From a virus (lineage: Duplodnaviria; Caudoviricetes), in IMG/VR virus record IMGVR_UViG_3300050330_000094, positions 1 to 27,061 of that record: a stretch of 27,061 bases of DNA; one strand, 5' to 3'. Numbering within the stretch: the first letter of the stretch is position 1; the number at the start of each line of letters is the position of its first letter. The notes under the pieces are model-generated. The model had not been told where the DNA came from. It ran no database searches and saw only the letters and a program-made list of their open reading frames with translations. Positions 7,133-15,339 of this stretch are shown in pieces. Made by a program: the position numbers and the translations under genes.

Positions 7133-7161
7133 GCGCCCCGGGCACCTCCCGGGGCGCTTTC
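7133..7161 (+). terminator. Intrinsic terminator closing the accessory cassette
   Basis: GCGCCCCGGG-CACCT-CCCGGGGCGC then TTTC. Confidence 0.75.
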
Positions 7162-7254
7162 GTGTAGCCTGGTGGCACAATCTGCCCGGCGTGTGCCCGG
7201 GAGTGGACCAGCGCGTTTTTCGGCAGCGATCGAGAACGCGCGCGGGAGCTTGGG

Positions 7255-7284
7255 TTGACAGACTGGCGATTTCCCGCTTAAAGT
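7255..7284 (+). promoter_or_regulatory. sigma70-type promoter for the lysis/morphogenesis operon
   Basis: TTGACA (7255-7260), 18 nt, TAAAGT (7279-7284) in an otherwise very GC-rich sequence. Confidence 0.7.
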
Positions 7285-7291
7285 ATCGCTA

Positions 7292-7394
7292 AGCAGCAGG
7301 AGTGTCTTCGGGCGCTCCTGCTGTTGTCGTTCCCTCCTCGGGTTCGGGTCTCGGCCCGCCGGCAGCGCTCCGTCGGCGGGCCGCACTTCTGCGG
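7292..7394 (+). promoter_or_regulatory. Structured 5' leader of late operon (attenuator-like)
   Basis: Stem 7293-7324 with cUUCGg loop and G-U pairs, followed by TGTCGTT; stem 7353-7382; small stem 7381-7394 next to the RBS. Confidence 0.6.
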
Positions 7395-7406
7395 TGGAGG
7401 CACATC

Positions 7407-7670
7407 ATGTCTGACCTCCAGCGGGAGTTCAACCGGCGAGTCCTTGATCAGTTGGAGAAGTTGACGGGCGCTCGCCCGCAAGATCGCGACATCGCGGTGC
7501 TGCGCGAGCTGCTGCTGACGATGGAGTTGACCGGCAAGCTCAAGGCGCCCTCCAAGGCGCCGGCGAGCGTCGACTGGTGGAAGGTCCTGCCGCTGTTGTT
7601 GATGTTGGCGGTGGTGTTGGCCGCGATCGTGGCGGCGTTGTTGGGCGTGGAGCTCGGGGGGTTGCTGTGA
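7407..7670 (+). CDS. C-terminally membrane-anchored protein (87 aa), holin/antiholin candidate
   Basis: GGAGG RBS, ATG 7407; one long C-terminal hydrophobic helix; first gene of lysis cassette. Confidence 0.7.
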   Translation: MSDLQREFNRRVLDQLEKLTGARPQDRDIAVLRELLLTMELTGKLKAPSKAPASVDWWKVLPLLLMLAVVLAAIVAALLGVELGGLL

Positions 7671-8857
7671 ACGTCGAGTCGAGACCCGCCCATCCTGAGA
7701 ACTTCGATGTCGGCCGTGCTGGGCGTCGCGTGAAGCGCGTGGTGATCCACCTGGCCGACGGCACGCTGGAAGGCACGGCGGCTTGGTTCGCGAATCCTGC
7801 GGCTCGCGTGAGCGCGCATTACACCGTGGGCGTCGCTGGGCAAGTGGTGCAGCACGTCGGTGAGGCCGACACCGCTTGGCATGCCGGTGACGCCGCCGCG
7901 AACCGTGAGAGCATCGGCATCGAGCACGAGGGCCGTCACCCTGAGGGTGGCGATTGGGTGCCGGGCCGCATCCAGTTGGAGGCGTCCGCCCGGCTGGTGG
8001 CGGACATCTGTCGGCGGCACGGCATCACGCCGAGCATCGAGACGATCGTGCCGCACTCGAGCATCAACCCGCGCAAGCCGCGCTGCCCCGGGCCGGGCTT
8101 CCCGTTCGCGGGTTTCATCGGCACGGTGCGGGCTTTGCTGGCGCCGGCCGAGCCGTTCGGGCCGGCGGTGGGTGACGTGATCACGGTGCGGCTCTTCGAC
8201 CCCTCGAGCAACGAGCAGATCGGCGACGGCAGCCGCATCTACGGCACGGACAAGGTTTACGTGAAAAGGCTCGGGCCGCTGCACGCGGCCGTGCAGCCGT
8301 TGGCCGCGACGAGCGCGGCGACCGGGGCGATACCCCAGGAGGAGATAGAGATGGTCGAGCTCATAGGCAAGGTCTGGAACTCCGGGTGGCTGGGCAAGGC
8401 GGTCATCGTCATCATCGCCGTGGCCATCCTGGCGCTGCTGTGGTTGGTGTTCTCGGGTCGGGCGTTCGCGCAGGCGACCAACCCCGAACTGCTGCAGCCG
8501 AACACGTGGTTCACCAGCCTGGAGGCGGTGTTCACCATCACGGCGGTGATCGCCGGGTTCGTCACCAAACTGGCCACGGCGTTGGGCAAGGACTGGTTCA
8601 AGACGCAAGGCACCACGACCGTGGCGTTGTCAGCCGTCATCGCGGCATTGATCGGCGGCGTCGGCGGCTGGTTGTCGCTCGGCATCTTCGCCGGCGCCGG
8701 CGGCATCACGGGCGCGGTGGCCGCGATCGGCACCGCCGTGCTGGCGTTCTTGGGCTCCAACGCGAGCGCCAAGGCCGACCGGCAGGCGCTGGCCGGCGCC
8801 GTGCAGCGCGTCGAGGACGCCGCCTCAGCCGAGGCGGCCAAGGCGCGGTTGTTGTGA
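7667..8857 (+). CDS. N-acetylmuramoyl-L-alanine amidase (Amidase_2) endolysin, in frame with a C-terminal multi-TM domain (396 aa)
   Basis: VVIH, VSAHYTV, AWHAG, NRESIGIEHEG, IVPHS, CPG motifs; no stop before 8855. Confidence 0.9.
   Translation: MNVESRPAHPENFDVGRAGRRVKRVVIHLADGTLEGTAAWFANPAARVSAHYTVGVAGQVVQHVGEADTAWHAGDAAANRESIGIEHEGRHPEGGDWVPGRIQLEASARLVADICRRHGITPSIETIVPHSSINPRKPRCPGPGFPFAGFIGTVRALLAPAEPFGPAVGDVITVRLFDPSSNEQIGDGSRIYGTDKVYVKRLGPLHAAVQPLAATSAATGAIPQEEIEMVELIGKVWNSGWLGKAVIVIIAVAILALLWLVFSGRAFAQATNPELLQPNTWFTSLEAVFTITAVIAGFVTKLATALGKDWFKTQGTTTVALSAVIAALIGGVGGWLSLGIFAGAGGITGAVAAIGTAVLAFLGSNASAKADRQALAGAVQRVEDAASAEAAKARLL
8351..8857 (+). CDS. Nested in-frame holin-like membrane protein (168 aa)
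   Basis: AGGAGGAG then ATG 8351 in the amidase frame; signal-like segment ending AFA-Q plus about three TM helices. Confidence 0.65.
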   Translation: MVELIGKVWNSGWLGKAVIVIIAVAILALLWLVFSGRAFAQATNPELLQPNTWFTSLEAVFTITAVIAGFVTKLATALGKDWFKTQGTTTVALSAVIAALIGGVGGWLSLGIFAGAGGITGAVAAIGTAVLAFLGSNASAKADRQALAGAVQRVEDAASAEAAKARLL

Positions 8858-9258
8858 CTCGCGGCGGCCGCTGGTGCCGCCTGCTGCTGGTCTTGCTCAC
8901 GCCCCTGCTGGTGGCCGCGGCGTACGCCCAGACCAGCTGGGGCGTGCGCCTCGACATCGAGCTCCCCATCGACCAGACGGTCATCGAGTTCGCCACCAAC
9001 CCGCTCGCCTACGCGCAGGCGCACCGCGACGTCATCGACGCGCGAGCGTTCGTGGAGCGCGGCCAGGTCGGCCTCGAAGGCCGCCTTCGCAGCTCAACCG
9101 AAGCGTTCCTAGGCACCTACTACATTTTCCGTAGCACCGAGTTGTTGGGGCAATCGCTCGAGTCCCGCCTCGGCCTGTACGCCGGCCGCGACTTCCGCGC
9201 CGGCGAGTGGTTCATCAGCCTGCGCGGCACCATACTGCTGTTCGGCCAGTTGCCTTGA
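8854..9258 (+). CDS. Secreted beta-strand-rich protein (134 aa), possible outer-membrane lysis accessory
   Basis: GTGA overlap; signal peptide ending AAAYA-Q; amphipathic beta strands. Confidence 0.7.
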   Translation: MTRGGRWCRLLLVLLTPLLVAAAYAQTSWGVRLDIELPIDQTVIEFATNPLAYAQAHRDVIDARAFVERGQVGLEGRLRSSTEAFLGTYYIFRSTELLGQSLESRLGLYAGRDFRAGEWFISLRGTILLFGQLP

Positions 9259-9270
9259 GGAGGCACGATC

Positions 9271-9615
9271 GTGTTTCGACGCCTTGACCCTGCCCGCCTC
9301 CGGCAGCTGCGCGGCCGCATCCTGAGCATCGCCTACCTGGCTGCCATGAGCGAAGCCGGCAACCCCGACGACCCGTACACCGTCAGTCGCGGGGTGCTGG
9401 TCGGCACCCTCGAGCACTCCGGGGAACTCCCCTCCAGCGAGGACCTGCGCGGCGCCCTCCGCGTCCTCGAGGAGAAAGGCGCCCTCAAGGTCACGTGGCG
9501 CCACGACGGCTCCGGCGAGTTCGTCACCGTGCGCCTGCAAGCATTCGGGATCGACCTGGTGGAGGGCGCGGTCGTGGACCCGGGCATCACCTTCACGCTT
9601 CGCCGCGAGCACTGA
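9271..9615 (+). CDS. Winged-helix-like protein (Mu gp26-like position), 114 aa
   Basis: GAGGAGG RBS; LRGRILSI...LRGALRVLEEKG...L.AFGIDLVEG...DPGI pattern. Confidence 0.7.
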   Translation: MFRRLDPARLRQLRGRILSIAYLAAMSEAGNPDDPYTVSRGVLVGTLEHSGELPSSEDLRGALRVLEEKGALKVTWRHDGSGEFVTVRLQAFGIDLVEGAVVDPGITFTLRREH

Positions 9616-9617
9616 GC

Positions 9618-9851
9618 GTGCAAGAGGTGCGCATCGAACGACTCGAGGACAAGGTCGGCAGCCTCGAAGTCGCCACCGCCCACGGCTTCGGTGAGATCCG
9701 GCAGGACATCGCGCACCTCCGCGAACTCGTGTCGCAGACGCTAGCCCGACCGCAGGCCACCCCCGTGTGGGTGCTGCTGCTCGCGAGCGGCACGTTCCTG
9801 CTCGGCCTGGCGGCGTGCCTGCTGGCCGCCTCCCAACTACTGACAGGGTGA
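9618..9851 (+). CDS. Coiled-coil plus C-terminal TM protein (77 aa)
   Basis: RIERLEDKV coiled coil followed by hydrophobic helix. Confidence 0.6.
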   Translation: MQEVRIERLEDKVGSLEVATAHGFGEIRQDIAHLRELVSQTLARPQATPVWVLLLASGTFLLGLAACLLAASQLLTG

Positions 9852-9862
9852 GGGGAGACGTC

Positions 9863-10417
9863 GTGGATCCGATCATCGACCGCACGCCGTTCCTGCTTAC
9901 CGAACGCCGCTGCAAAGTCTGCACCAGCCCGGTGCGAGACGCCATCGATGCCATGCTCCTGGGCGAGACCCGCGGTCCCAACGACGAGCTGCTCACCTAC
10001 GAGGGCATCATCGCGTGGGCCGCCGAGCAGGGCGTGACCCTCACCTCCTCGAGCCTCAGCCGGCACCGTCACAACCACCTGCAGCCGTCGCTGCAGATGG
10101 CCCTCGAAACGCAGCGGCACATGGACGCCATCGCCACCGCCACCGGCCGGCGCTTGACGCTGCACAGTGCCGTCGCGAACGTCATCGCCACCAAGACGCT
10201 GCGGCTGCTCGACGACATGGACGTCGGCGAGATGCGCCCCGACGCGCTGCTGCGCATCGCCCTGCGGGCCGCCGAGGTCGGCCTGAAGCTCGAGAAGGCC
10301 GAGGCCGCGCTGTCACCCGAGGTCGCCAAGCAGATCGACGACAAGCTGACCGCCGCCGGGTTGTCGCCCGAGGTGCTCGAGCGCATCCGCACCGAGGTCT
10401 ACGGCCTCGTCTCTTGA
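9863..10417 (+). CDS. Mu gp27/DUF3486-like protein, putative terminase small subunit (184 aa)
   Basis: CKVC..PVRDAIDAML..TYEGIIAW...LTSSSLSRH HTH pattern; position upstream of terminase. Confidence 0.7.
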   Translation: MDPIIDRTPFLLTERRCKVCTSPVRDAIDAMLLGETRGPNDELLTYEGIIAWAAEQGVTLTSSSLSRHRHNHLQPSLQMALETQRHMDAIATATGRRLTLHSAVANVIATKTLRLLDDMDVGEMRPDALLRIALRAAEVGLKLEKAEAALSPEVAKQIDDKLTAAGLSPEVLERIRTEVYGLVS

Positions 10418-10437
10418 CCCTCGAAGGGGGACCCGCT

Positions 10438-10650
10438 GTGGAATCCAGCCCGTCCGATCGCCGGGAGGAAGCGCGTTACCAGTCGGAGTTCGTGAAGAAG
10501 GACCGGGAGGGAAAGCGGCGCTTCGTGCGCCTCTATCAACCCAAGCGCGGGCAGCGGTTCACGTTCGCTTCGAGCCCGGACGTCGAGTGGATCTGTCACC
10601 CGGAGACCGGCGCCGTGATGCGCCTGGCCACCTACGAGTCGCGCCGCTGA
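10438..10650 (+). CDS. Small charged hypothetical protein (70 aa)
   Basis: AAGGGGG then GTG 10438; fills gap before terminase. Confidence 0.55.
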   Translation: MESSPSDRREEARYQSEFVKKDREGKRRFVRLYQPKRGQRFTFASSPDVEWICHPETGAVMRLATYESRR

Positions 10651-10659
10651 GGAGAGCAC

Positions 10660-11964
10660 GTGTCCATCCTGCTGCCGTACCAACGCCGCTGGGTGGACGA
10701 CCACTCGCGCTTCAAGATCTGGCTGGCCAGCCGTCAGGTCGGTAAGAGCTTCGCGCTGACGCTCGAGGCGGTGCTGGACGCGGTGGAACGCCGCACCACT
10801 TGGGTGTTCCTCTCGGCGGGTGAGCGGCAGTCGCTCGAGCTGGCGGAGAAGGCGCGGCTTCACCTCGAGGCCATCAAGATCGCCGCCGCAGAACTCGATG
10901 ATGACTTCCTCGACAAGGATGGAACCCGTTACCGCCAGCTCCTGCTGCGGTTGCCGAACGGCAGTCGCTTGATCTTCCTGCCGGCCAACCCGAGCACCGC
11001 CAGGGGTTACACCGCCAACGTGGCGCTGGATGAGTTCGCTTTTCACATCGACTCGGCGGCCATCTGGGCGGCTTTGTTCCCCAGCATCACGCGTAGCCGG
11101 GACCTCAAGCTGCGCGTGGCTAGCACCCCGCAGGGGAAGAGCAACGTCTATTACCGCCTGTGGGAGGCCGCCGTACGCCTCGGCGATCGGGGCGTTTGGT
11201 CGCGGCATCGCACCGACATCTACGACGCGGTAGCTGACGGCCTGCCTGTCGATCCGGAAGAGCTCCGGACCGGCCTGAACGACTCCCTGGCGTGGCAGCA
11301 GGAGTACCTCCTGGAGTTCCTCGAGGAGTCCACGGCTTACCTCAGCTACGAGCTGCTGGCGACGTGCGAGGATCCTGCGGCGACGCTCGATCTCACGGTG
11401 GAGGAGATCGACCTGACGGCCGGCGACCTTTACTTGGGTCTGGATATCGGTCGGCAGCGTGACTTGTCGGTCATCTGGTTGCTGCAGCGGGTCGGGGACG
11501 TGCTGTGGACGCGGCGCGTGATCGAGTTGCTGCGGACGCCGTTCGCGGCGCAGCGCGAGGTGCTGTACGGGTTGTTGCCGCACGTGCGGCGGGCCTGCAT
11601 CGACGCCACGGGTCTTGGCATGCAGTTGGCGGAGGAGGCGCAGCAGCGTTACCGGCAGGTGGAGAGCGTGACCTTCACGCCGGCCGCGAAGGCGGACATG
11701 GCCACCACGTTGCGGCGGGCCTTCGAGGACCGCGCCGTGCGCGTGCCGATCGACGGGGCGGTGCGCGAGGACCTGCATAGTGTGCGACGCATCGTCACCA
11801 GCTCGAACAACATCCGCTTCGACGCGGAGCGTGATGCCGGCAGTCACGCGGACCGCTTCTGGGCCTTGGCGTTGGCGGTGCATGCGCAGTCTTCGGGTGT
11901 CTATTCGCCTTACGAATCGATGGCGGTTCCGCGTCGCTTCTCGACCGCGCAGAATCGCCGTTAA
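10660..11964 (+). CDS. terL: Terminase large subunit, Mu gp28-like
   Basis: PYQRRW, ASRQVGKS (Walker A), VALDEFAF (Walker B), STPQG, GLDIGR, DATGLG, HADRFWALALA. Confidence 0.95.
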   Translation: MSILLPYQRRWVDDHSRFKIWLASRQVGKSFALTLEAVLDAVERRTTWVFLSAGERQSLELAEKARLHLEAIKIAAAELDDDFLDKDGTRYRQLLLRLPNGSRLIFLPANPSTARGYTANVALDEFAFHIDSAAIWAALFPSITRSRDLKLRVASTPQGKSNVYYRLWEAAVRLGDRGVWSRHRTDIYDAVADGLPVDPEELRTGLNDSLAWQQEYLLEFLEESTAYLSYELLATCEDPAATLDLTVEEIDLTAGDLYLGLDIGRQRDLSVIWLLQRVGDVLWTRRVIELLRTPFAAQREVLYGLLPHVRRACIDATGLGMQLAEEAQQRYRQVESVTFTPAAKADMATTLRRAFEDRAVRVPIDGAVREDLHSVRRIVTSSNNIRFDAERDAGSHADRFWALALAVHAQSSGVYSPYESMAVPRRFSTAQNRR

Positions 11965-12038
11965 GGCCCCTCGCCGCCCCGCCCCGCCCACTTACCTCAC
12001 CCCCGGCCCTCGCGGGCGTGTACTAGCCCTGTACCATC

Positions 12039-13604
12039 GTGCACTATCACCTACCAGATGTGGCACCGGAGGCTTTCGTGGCTCGACCTGACACCCAGAT
12101 CTTCAGTGAGGCGTCTGCGCGGGCGGTGGCCACCTGGTCCCCGGCGAGCGTGCGGGCCGTGCTGCTGCAGTTGCAGCGCGGTGACTTCAGCCGCGCCGGG
12201 GCCCTGGCGGACGCCGTGTTGGCGGACGATCGGGTGCAGGCGGTCATCGGCACGCGCATCAACGGCGTGCTGTCGCTGCCGCTCGCGTTCGAGGCCGAGG
12301 GTGATTCTCCGCGCGCGGCGCGGGCCGCGGAGGACCTGGAGCGCGACTGGTGGGATATCGCCGACGAGGCGACGCTGAGTGAGTGGTTGGCGTACGCGCT
12401 GCTGTTGGGGGCGTGCGCGGCCGAGCTGGTGTGGTCGACGGAGGGGCAGCGGTCGCTGCCGCGCCTGCGCATCTGGCACCCCAGCAACCTGCGGCGCGAC
12501 GAGAAGACGGGCGCGTGGGCCGTCAGGCAAGAGGGCGAGAAGTGGCTGACCATCACGCCGGGTGATGGCAAGTGGGCGTTGCTGGCGCCGTTCGGTGAGC
12601 GGCGGGCGGGCACGCGCGCCTTGCTTCGCGCCGTGGCGATCCCGTGGCTGTCTAAGGTCTACGCGGTCGGCGATTGGAACCGCTACAGCGAGGTGCACGG
12701 TAGCGGCGCTCACGTCGGCAAGGCGCCGCAGGGCGCCAGCCTCGAGGAGCGCAGCCGGTTCCGCGACGACCTGGCGCGGTTGGCTTCCGACGCGGCCATC
12801 GTGCTGCCTGACGGTTGGAGCGTCGAGCTGTTGGAGGCCACGACCGGTAGTGGGGAGGTGTTCGAGAAGCTCATCGCTTGGGCGGACAAGGCCATCGCGG
12901 TGAGCATCCTGGGTCAGAACCTCACCACCGATGTGCAGGGTGGCAGCCTGGCGGCGGCCGAGGTGCACGAGCGCGTGCGCTATGACCTGGTGCAGAGTGA
13001 CGCGGAGCTGTTGGCGACGGTCACGCATGACGAGGTGGTGGTGTGGTGGGCTGAGTTCAACTTGGGCGATCGCGCCTTGGCGCCTTGGCCGGATTGGGAC
13101 GCGGCGCCGCCGACGGACGAGGCGGCGGTGTCGAGCGCCCTCGCGGATCGGGCGCAGGCGCTGCTGACGCTCTCCACGGCGCAGTTGCAGACGGGCCTGC
13201 CGATCGACTGGTTGCAGTTGGCGCAGCGGCTGAACATCCCGATCATCGAGGGGGCGCCGTTGGGGGCGCCGCGTTTCTCGGACCGTGAGCTCTCCTCGGG
13301 CCGCTACCGCCTGGCGAGCGGTGACGACCTGGATTCGGCGCGTGGCTTCGCGCGTGGCCAGTTGTACGCCGACCGCGTGGCGGACGTTGCGCGGGCGCAG
13401 GCGAGCGAGGCGTTGGCGCCGGCCCTGGCGGACGTGCTGGCCATCGTGTCGAGCAGCCGCGGTTATGAGGAGTTGCGGGCTCGGCTGCTGGCCGCCTACG
13501 GCGACTTGGGCGTGGATGACCTGGCGGACCTGACCGAGTCGAGCTTGGTGCTGGCGGGTCTGGCGGGGCGCCTGGCGGTGCTGGGCGACAGTGAGAGCAG
13601 CTGA
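12039..13604 (+). CDS. Portal protein, Mu gp29/DUF935-like (start uncertain)
   Basis: DWNRYSEVHG, LIAWADKAIAVSILGQNLTT, GSLAAAEVHERVRYDLVQSDA; follows terminase. Confidence 0.92.
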   Translation: MHYHLPDVAPEAFVARPDTQIFSEASARAVATWSPASVRAVLLQLQRGDFSRAGALADAVLADDRVQAVIGTRINGVLSLPLAFEAEGDSPRAARAAEDLERDWWDIADEATLSEWLAYALLLGACAAELVWSTEGQRSLPRLRIWHPSNLRRDEKTGAWAVRQEGEKWLTITPGDGKWALLAPFGERRAGTRALLRAVAIPWLSKVYAVGDWNRYSEVHGSGAHVGKAPQGASLEERSRFRDDLARLASDAAIVLPDGWSVELLEATTGSGEVFEKLIAWADKAIAVSILGQNLTTDVQGGSLAAAEVHERVRYDLVQSDAELLATVTHDEVVVWWAEFNLGDRALAPWPDWDAAPPTDEAAVSSALADRAQALLTLSTAQLQTGLPIDWLQLAQRLNIPIIEGAPLGAPRFSDRELSSGRYRLASGDDLDSARGFARGQLYADRVADVARAQASEALAPALADVLAIVSSSRGYEELRARLLAAYGDLGVDDLADLTESSLVLAGLAGRLAVLGDSESS

Positions 13605-14293
13605 TGGCGTGGCCGGATCCGATGGTGAGCGCGCTCGAGGCGATCGCTTGGTTTCGTGCGCGCGTGCCCATCACGCCTGGCCGCTGGCGGCGCCTGAGTG
13701 CCGAGGCGCGGCGGCGCTCGTTTCGGGTGGCGGGCGCCACCCGCTTGTCGCTGGTCATGGACGTGTGGCGGGCCGTGGAGCGGGCGATCGCGCAGGGCCT
13801 GCCTTACGAGGCGTTCGAGAAGGAGGTCGGCGAGAAGCTGGTGGCCGCCTGGGGCGGCAGCGTCACCAACCCGGCGCACCGCCTCGAGACCATCTACCGC
13901 AACAACGTCCAGAGCGCCTACTCGGCGGGGCGGTACGCGCAGATGACGGATCCGGACGTGCTGCGCGGCAGGCCCTTCTGGATGTACGACGCGCTGTTGG
14001 ACAACCGCACGTCTGAACTCTGCCGCGGCCTGAACGGCACCATCTTGCCGGCCGATCACGACTTCTGGAAGACGCGGTACCCACCGAACCACCACAACTG
14101 CCGATCGGGCGTCAGGAGCCTCACGCGGCAGGGCGCCGAGCGTCGTGGCGGTGTCAGCGCGGCACCGCCCGTGCTGCAACCGGCGCCGGGTTTCCGGAGC
14201 CTGCCCGGCCCGGATGATTGGGAGCCCGACTTGACTGGCTACCCGCCTGAGGTGGTGCGCGAGTACGAGCGTGCGAGAGGAGCAGCACCATGA
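13604..14293 (+). CDS. Head morphogenesis protein, Mu gpF-like
   Basis: RLETIYRNNVQSAYSAGRY, YDALLDNRT, PPNHHNCRS. Confidence 0.93.
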   Translation: MAWPDPMVSALEAIAWFRARVPITPGRWRRLSAEARRRSFRVAGATRLSLVMDVWRAVERAIAQGLPYEAFEKEVGEKLVAAWGGSVTNPAHRLETIYRNNVQSAYSAGRYAQMTDPDVLRGRPFWMYDALLDNRTSELCRGLNGTILPADHDFWKTRYPPNHHNCRSGVRSLTRQGAERRGGVSAAPPVLQPAPGFRSLPGPDDWEPDLTGYPPEVVREYERARGAAP

Positions 14294-15267
14294 CGAGACT
14301 TGTGTTGGGCGCCAGCCTGCCGCTCATCCCCAACGAGCCGCCCAGCGAGTGGCACCTGTTGCCGCTCGGGCCGCTGCGGGCCCGCTGGGCGGGTGGGGCG
14401 GAGGCGAGTTTCACGGTCGACCAGAGCGCCTTGGCGAGCATCATGGCGGCCTACGAGCGGCGCGGGCACGACCTGGCGTTGGATTACAACCACGCGCAGT
14501 TCGACGGCCGCCCGCGAACGGATTTCGAGATGCGTTCGGCCGGCAGCTTCGAGCTGGAGCTCCGAGCTGACGGCCTGTGGATGGTGAACATCCGCTGGAC
14601 GGCGGACGCCGAGGGTTACTTGCGGCGCCGCGAGTACCGCTTCTTGTCGCCGACGTTCGACGTTGACGGCGAGGGCCGCATCGTGGAACTGCACAACGTC
14701 GCGCTTACCGCCAACCCGGCCATGCTCGGCGCCCTGCCGCTCGTGGCCAGCAGCACCCAGCCGCCCGCGAGGGCGGGAGAGGAGATCACGTTGGACCCCA
14801 CCCTGGTCGGCCTGAGCGCCGACACCCCACCCACCCAGGTCGCCGTGCGAGTCACGGCCCTGGCCAACTTCGAGGGCGCCGTCTTCGAGCGCCTGGGAGT
14901 CACCACGCGCGAGGACGCCATGGCGGCCGTGGAGGCGGGCCGTGCCGCGATCGACGCCAGCGAGCAGCTGACGCAGCGCGTGGCCGAGCTGGAGACCGCC
15001 GCGGCGGCGGCGGAACGCGAGCAGGTGCTCGCTGACGCCCGCCGTGACGGGCGCCTGACCCCGGCGCAGTGCGCCGCGGGTGGTTGGGCTCGCACCGTCG
15101 AGCTCGAGGTGCTGCGGTCGTTCCTGGCGTCCGCCCCCCGGGTCGTGCCGGTCGGTGAGGTGGCTGACGGCGCGGGATCCGAGCCGGACGCAGAGACGCC
15201 CGCCGAGGGCCTGAACTCCACCATCCGCCGCCTGGCTGGGCGCTTCGCGCCCGCCCGCAACGACTAA
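14290..15267 (+). CDS. Mu-like prohead protease I (gp32) with C-terminal scaffold
   Basis: LDYNH, GLWMVNIRWT, EYRFLSPTF, VALTANPA. Confidence 0.9.
   Translation: MTRLVLGASLPLIPNEPPSEWHLLPLGPLRARWAGGAEASFTVDQSALASIMAAYERRGHDLALDYNHAQFDGRPRTDFEMRSAGSFELELRADGLWMVNIRWTADAEGYLRRREYRFLSPTFDVDGEGRIVELHNVALTANPAMLGALPLVASSTQPPARAGEEITLDPTLVGLSADTPPTQVAVRVTALANFEGAVFERLGVTTREDAMAAVEAGRAAIDASEQLTQRVAELETAAAAAEREQVLADARRDGRLTPAQCAAGGWARTVELEVLRSFLASAPRVVPVGEVADGAGSEPDAETPAEGLNSTIRRLAGRFAPARND
14791..15267 (+). CDS. Nested in-frame scaffolding protein (Mu gpZ-like, 158 aa)
   Basis: GAGGAG then in-frame TTG 14791 just after the protease domain, as in Mu I/Z. Confidence 0.65.
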   Translation: MDPTLVGLSADTPPTQVAVRVTALANFEGAVFERLGVTTREDAMAAVEAGRAAIDASEQLTQRVAELETAAAAAEREQVLADARRDGRLTPAQCAAGGWARTVELEVLRSFLASAPRVVPVGEVADGAGSEPDAETPAEGLNSTIRRLAGRFAPARND

Positions 15268-15322
15268 CCCCTCCCGCCGCCTGGCGCGGCGCTTCGTCCC
15301 CGCCCGCAACGACCAACCCCTC
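15225..15322 (+). repeat. 49-bp tandem duplication (44/49 identical) spanning the protease stop codon
   Basis: 15225-15273 vs 15274-15322; TAA in copy 1 is CAA in copy 2. Confidence 0.9.
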
Positions 15323-15339
15323 TCCGAAGGAGTCACAAC

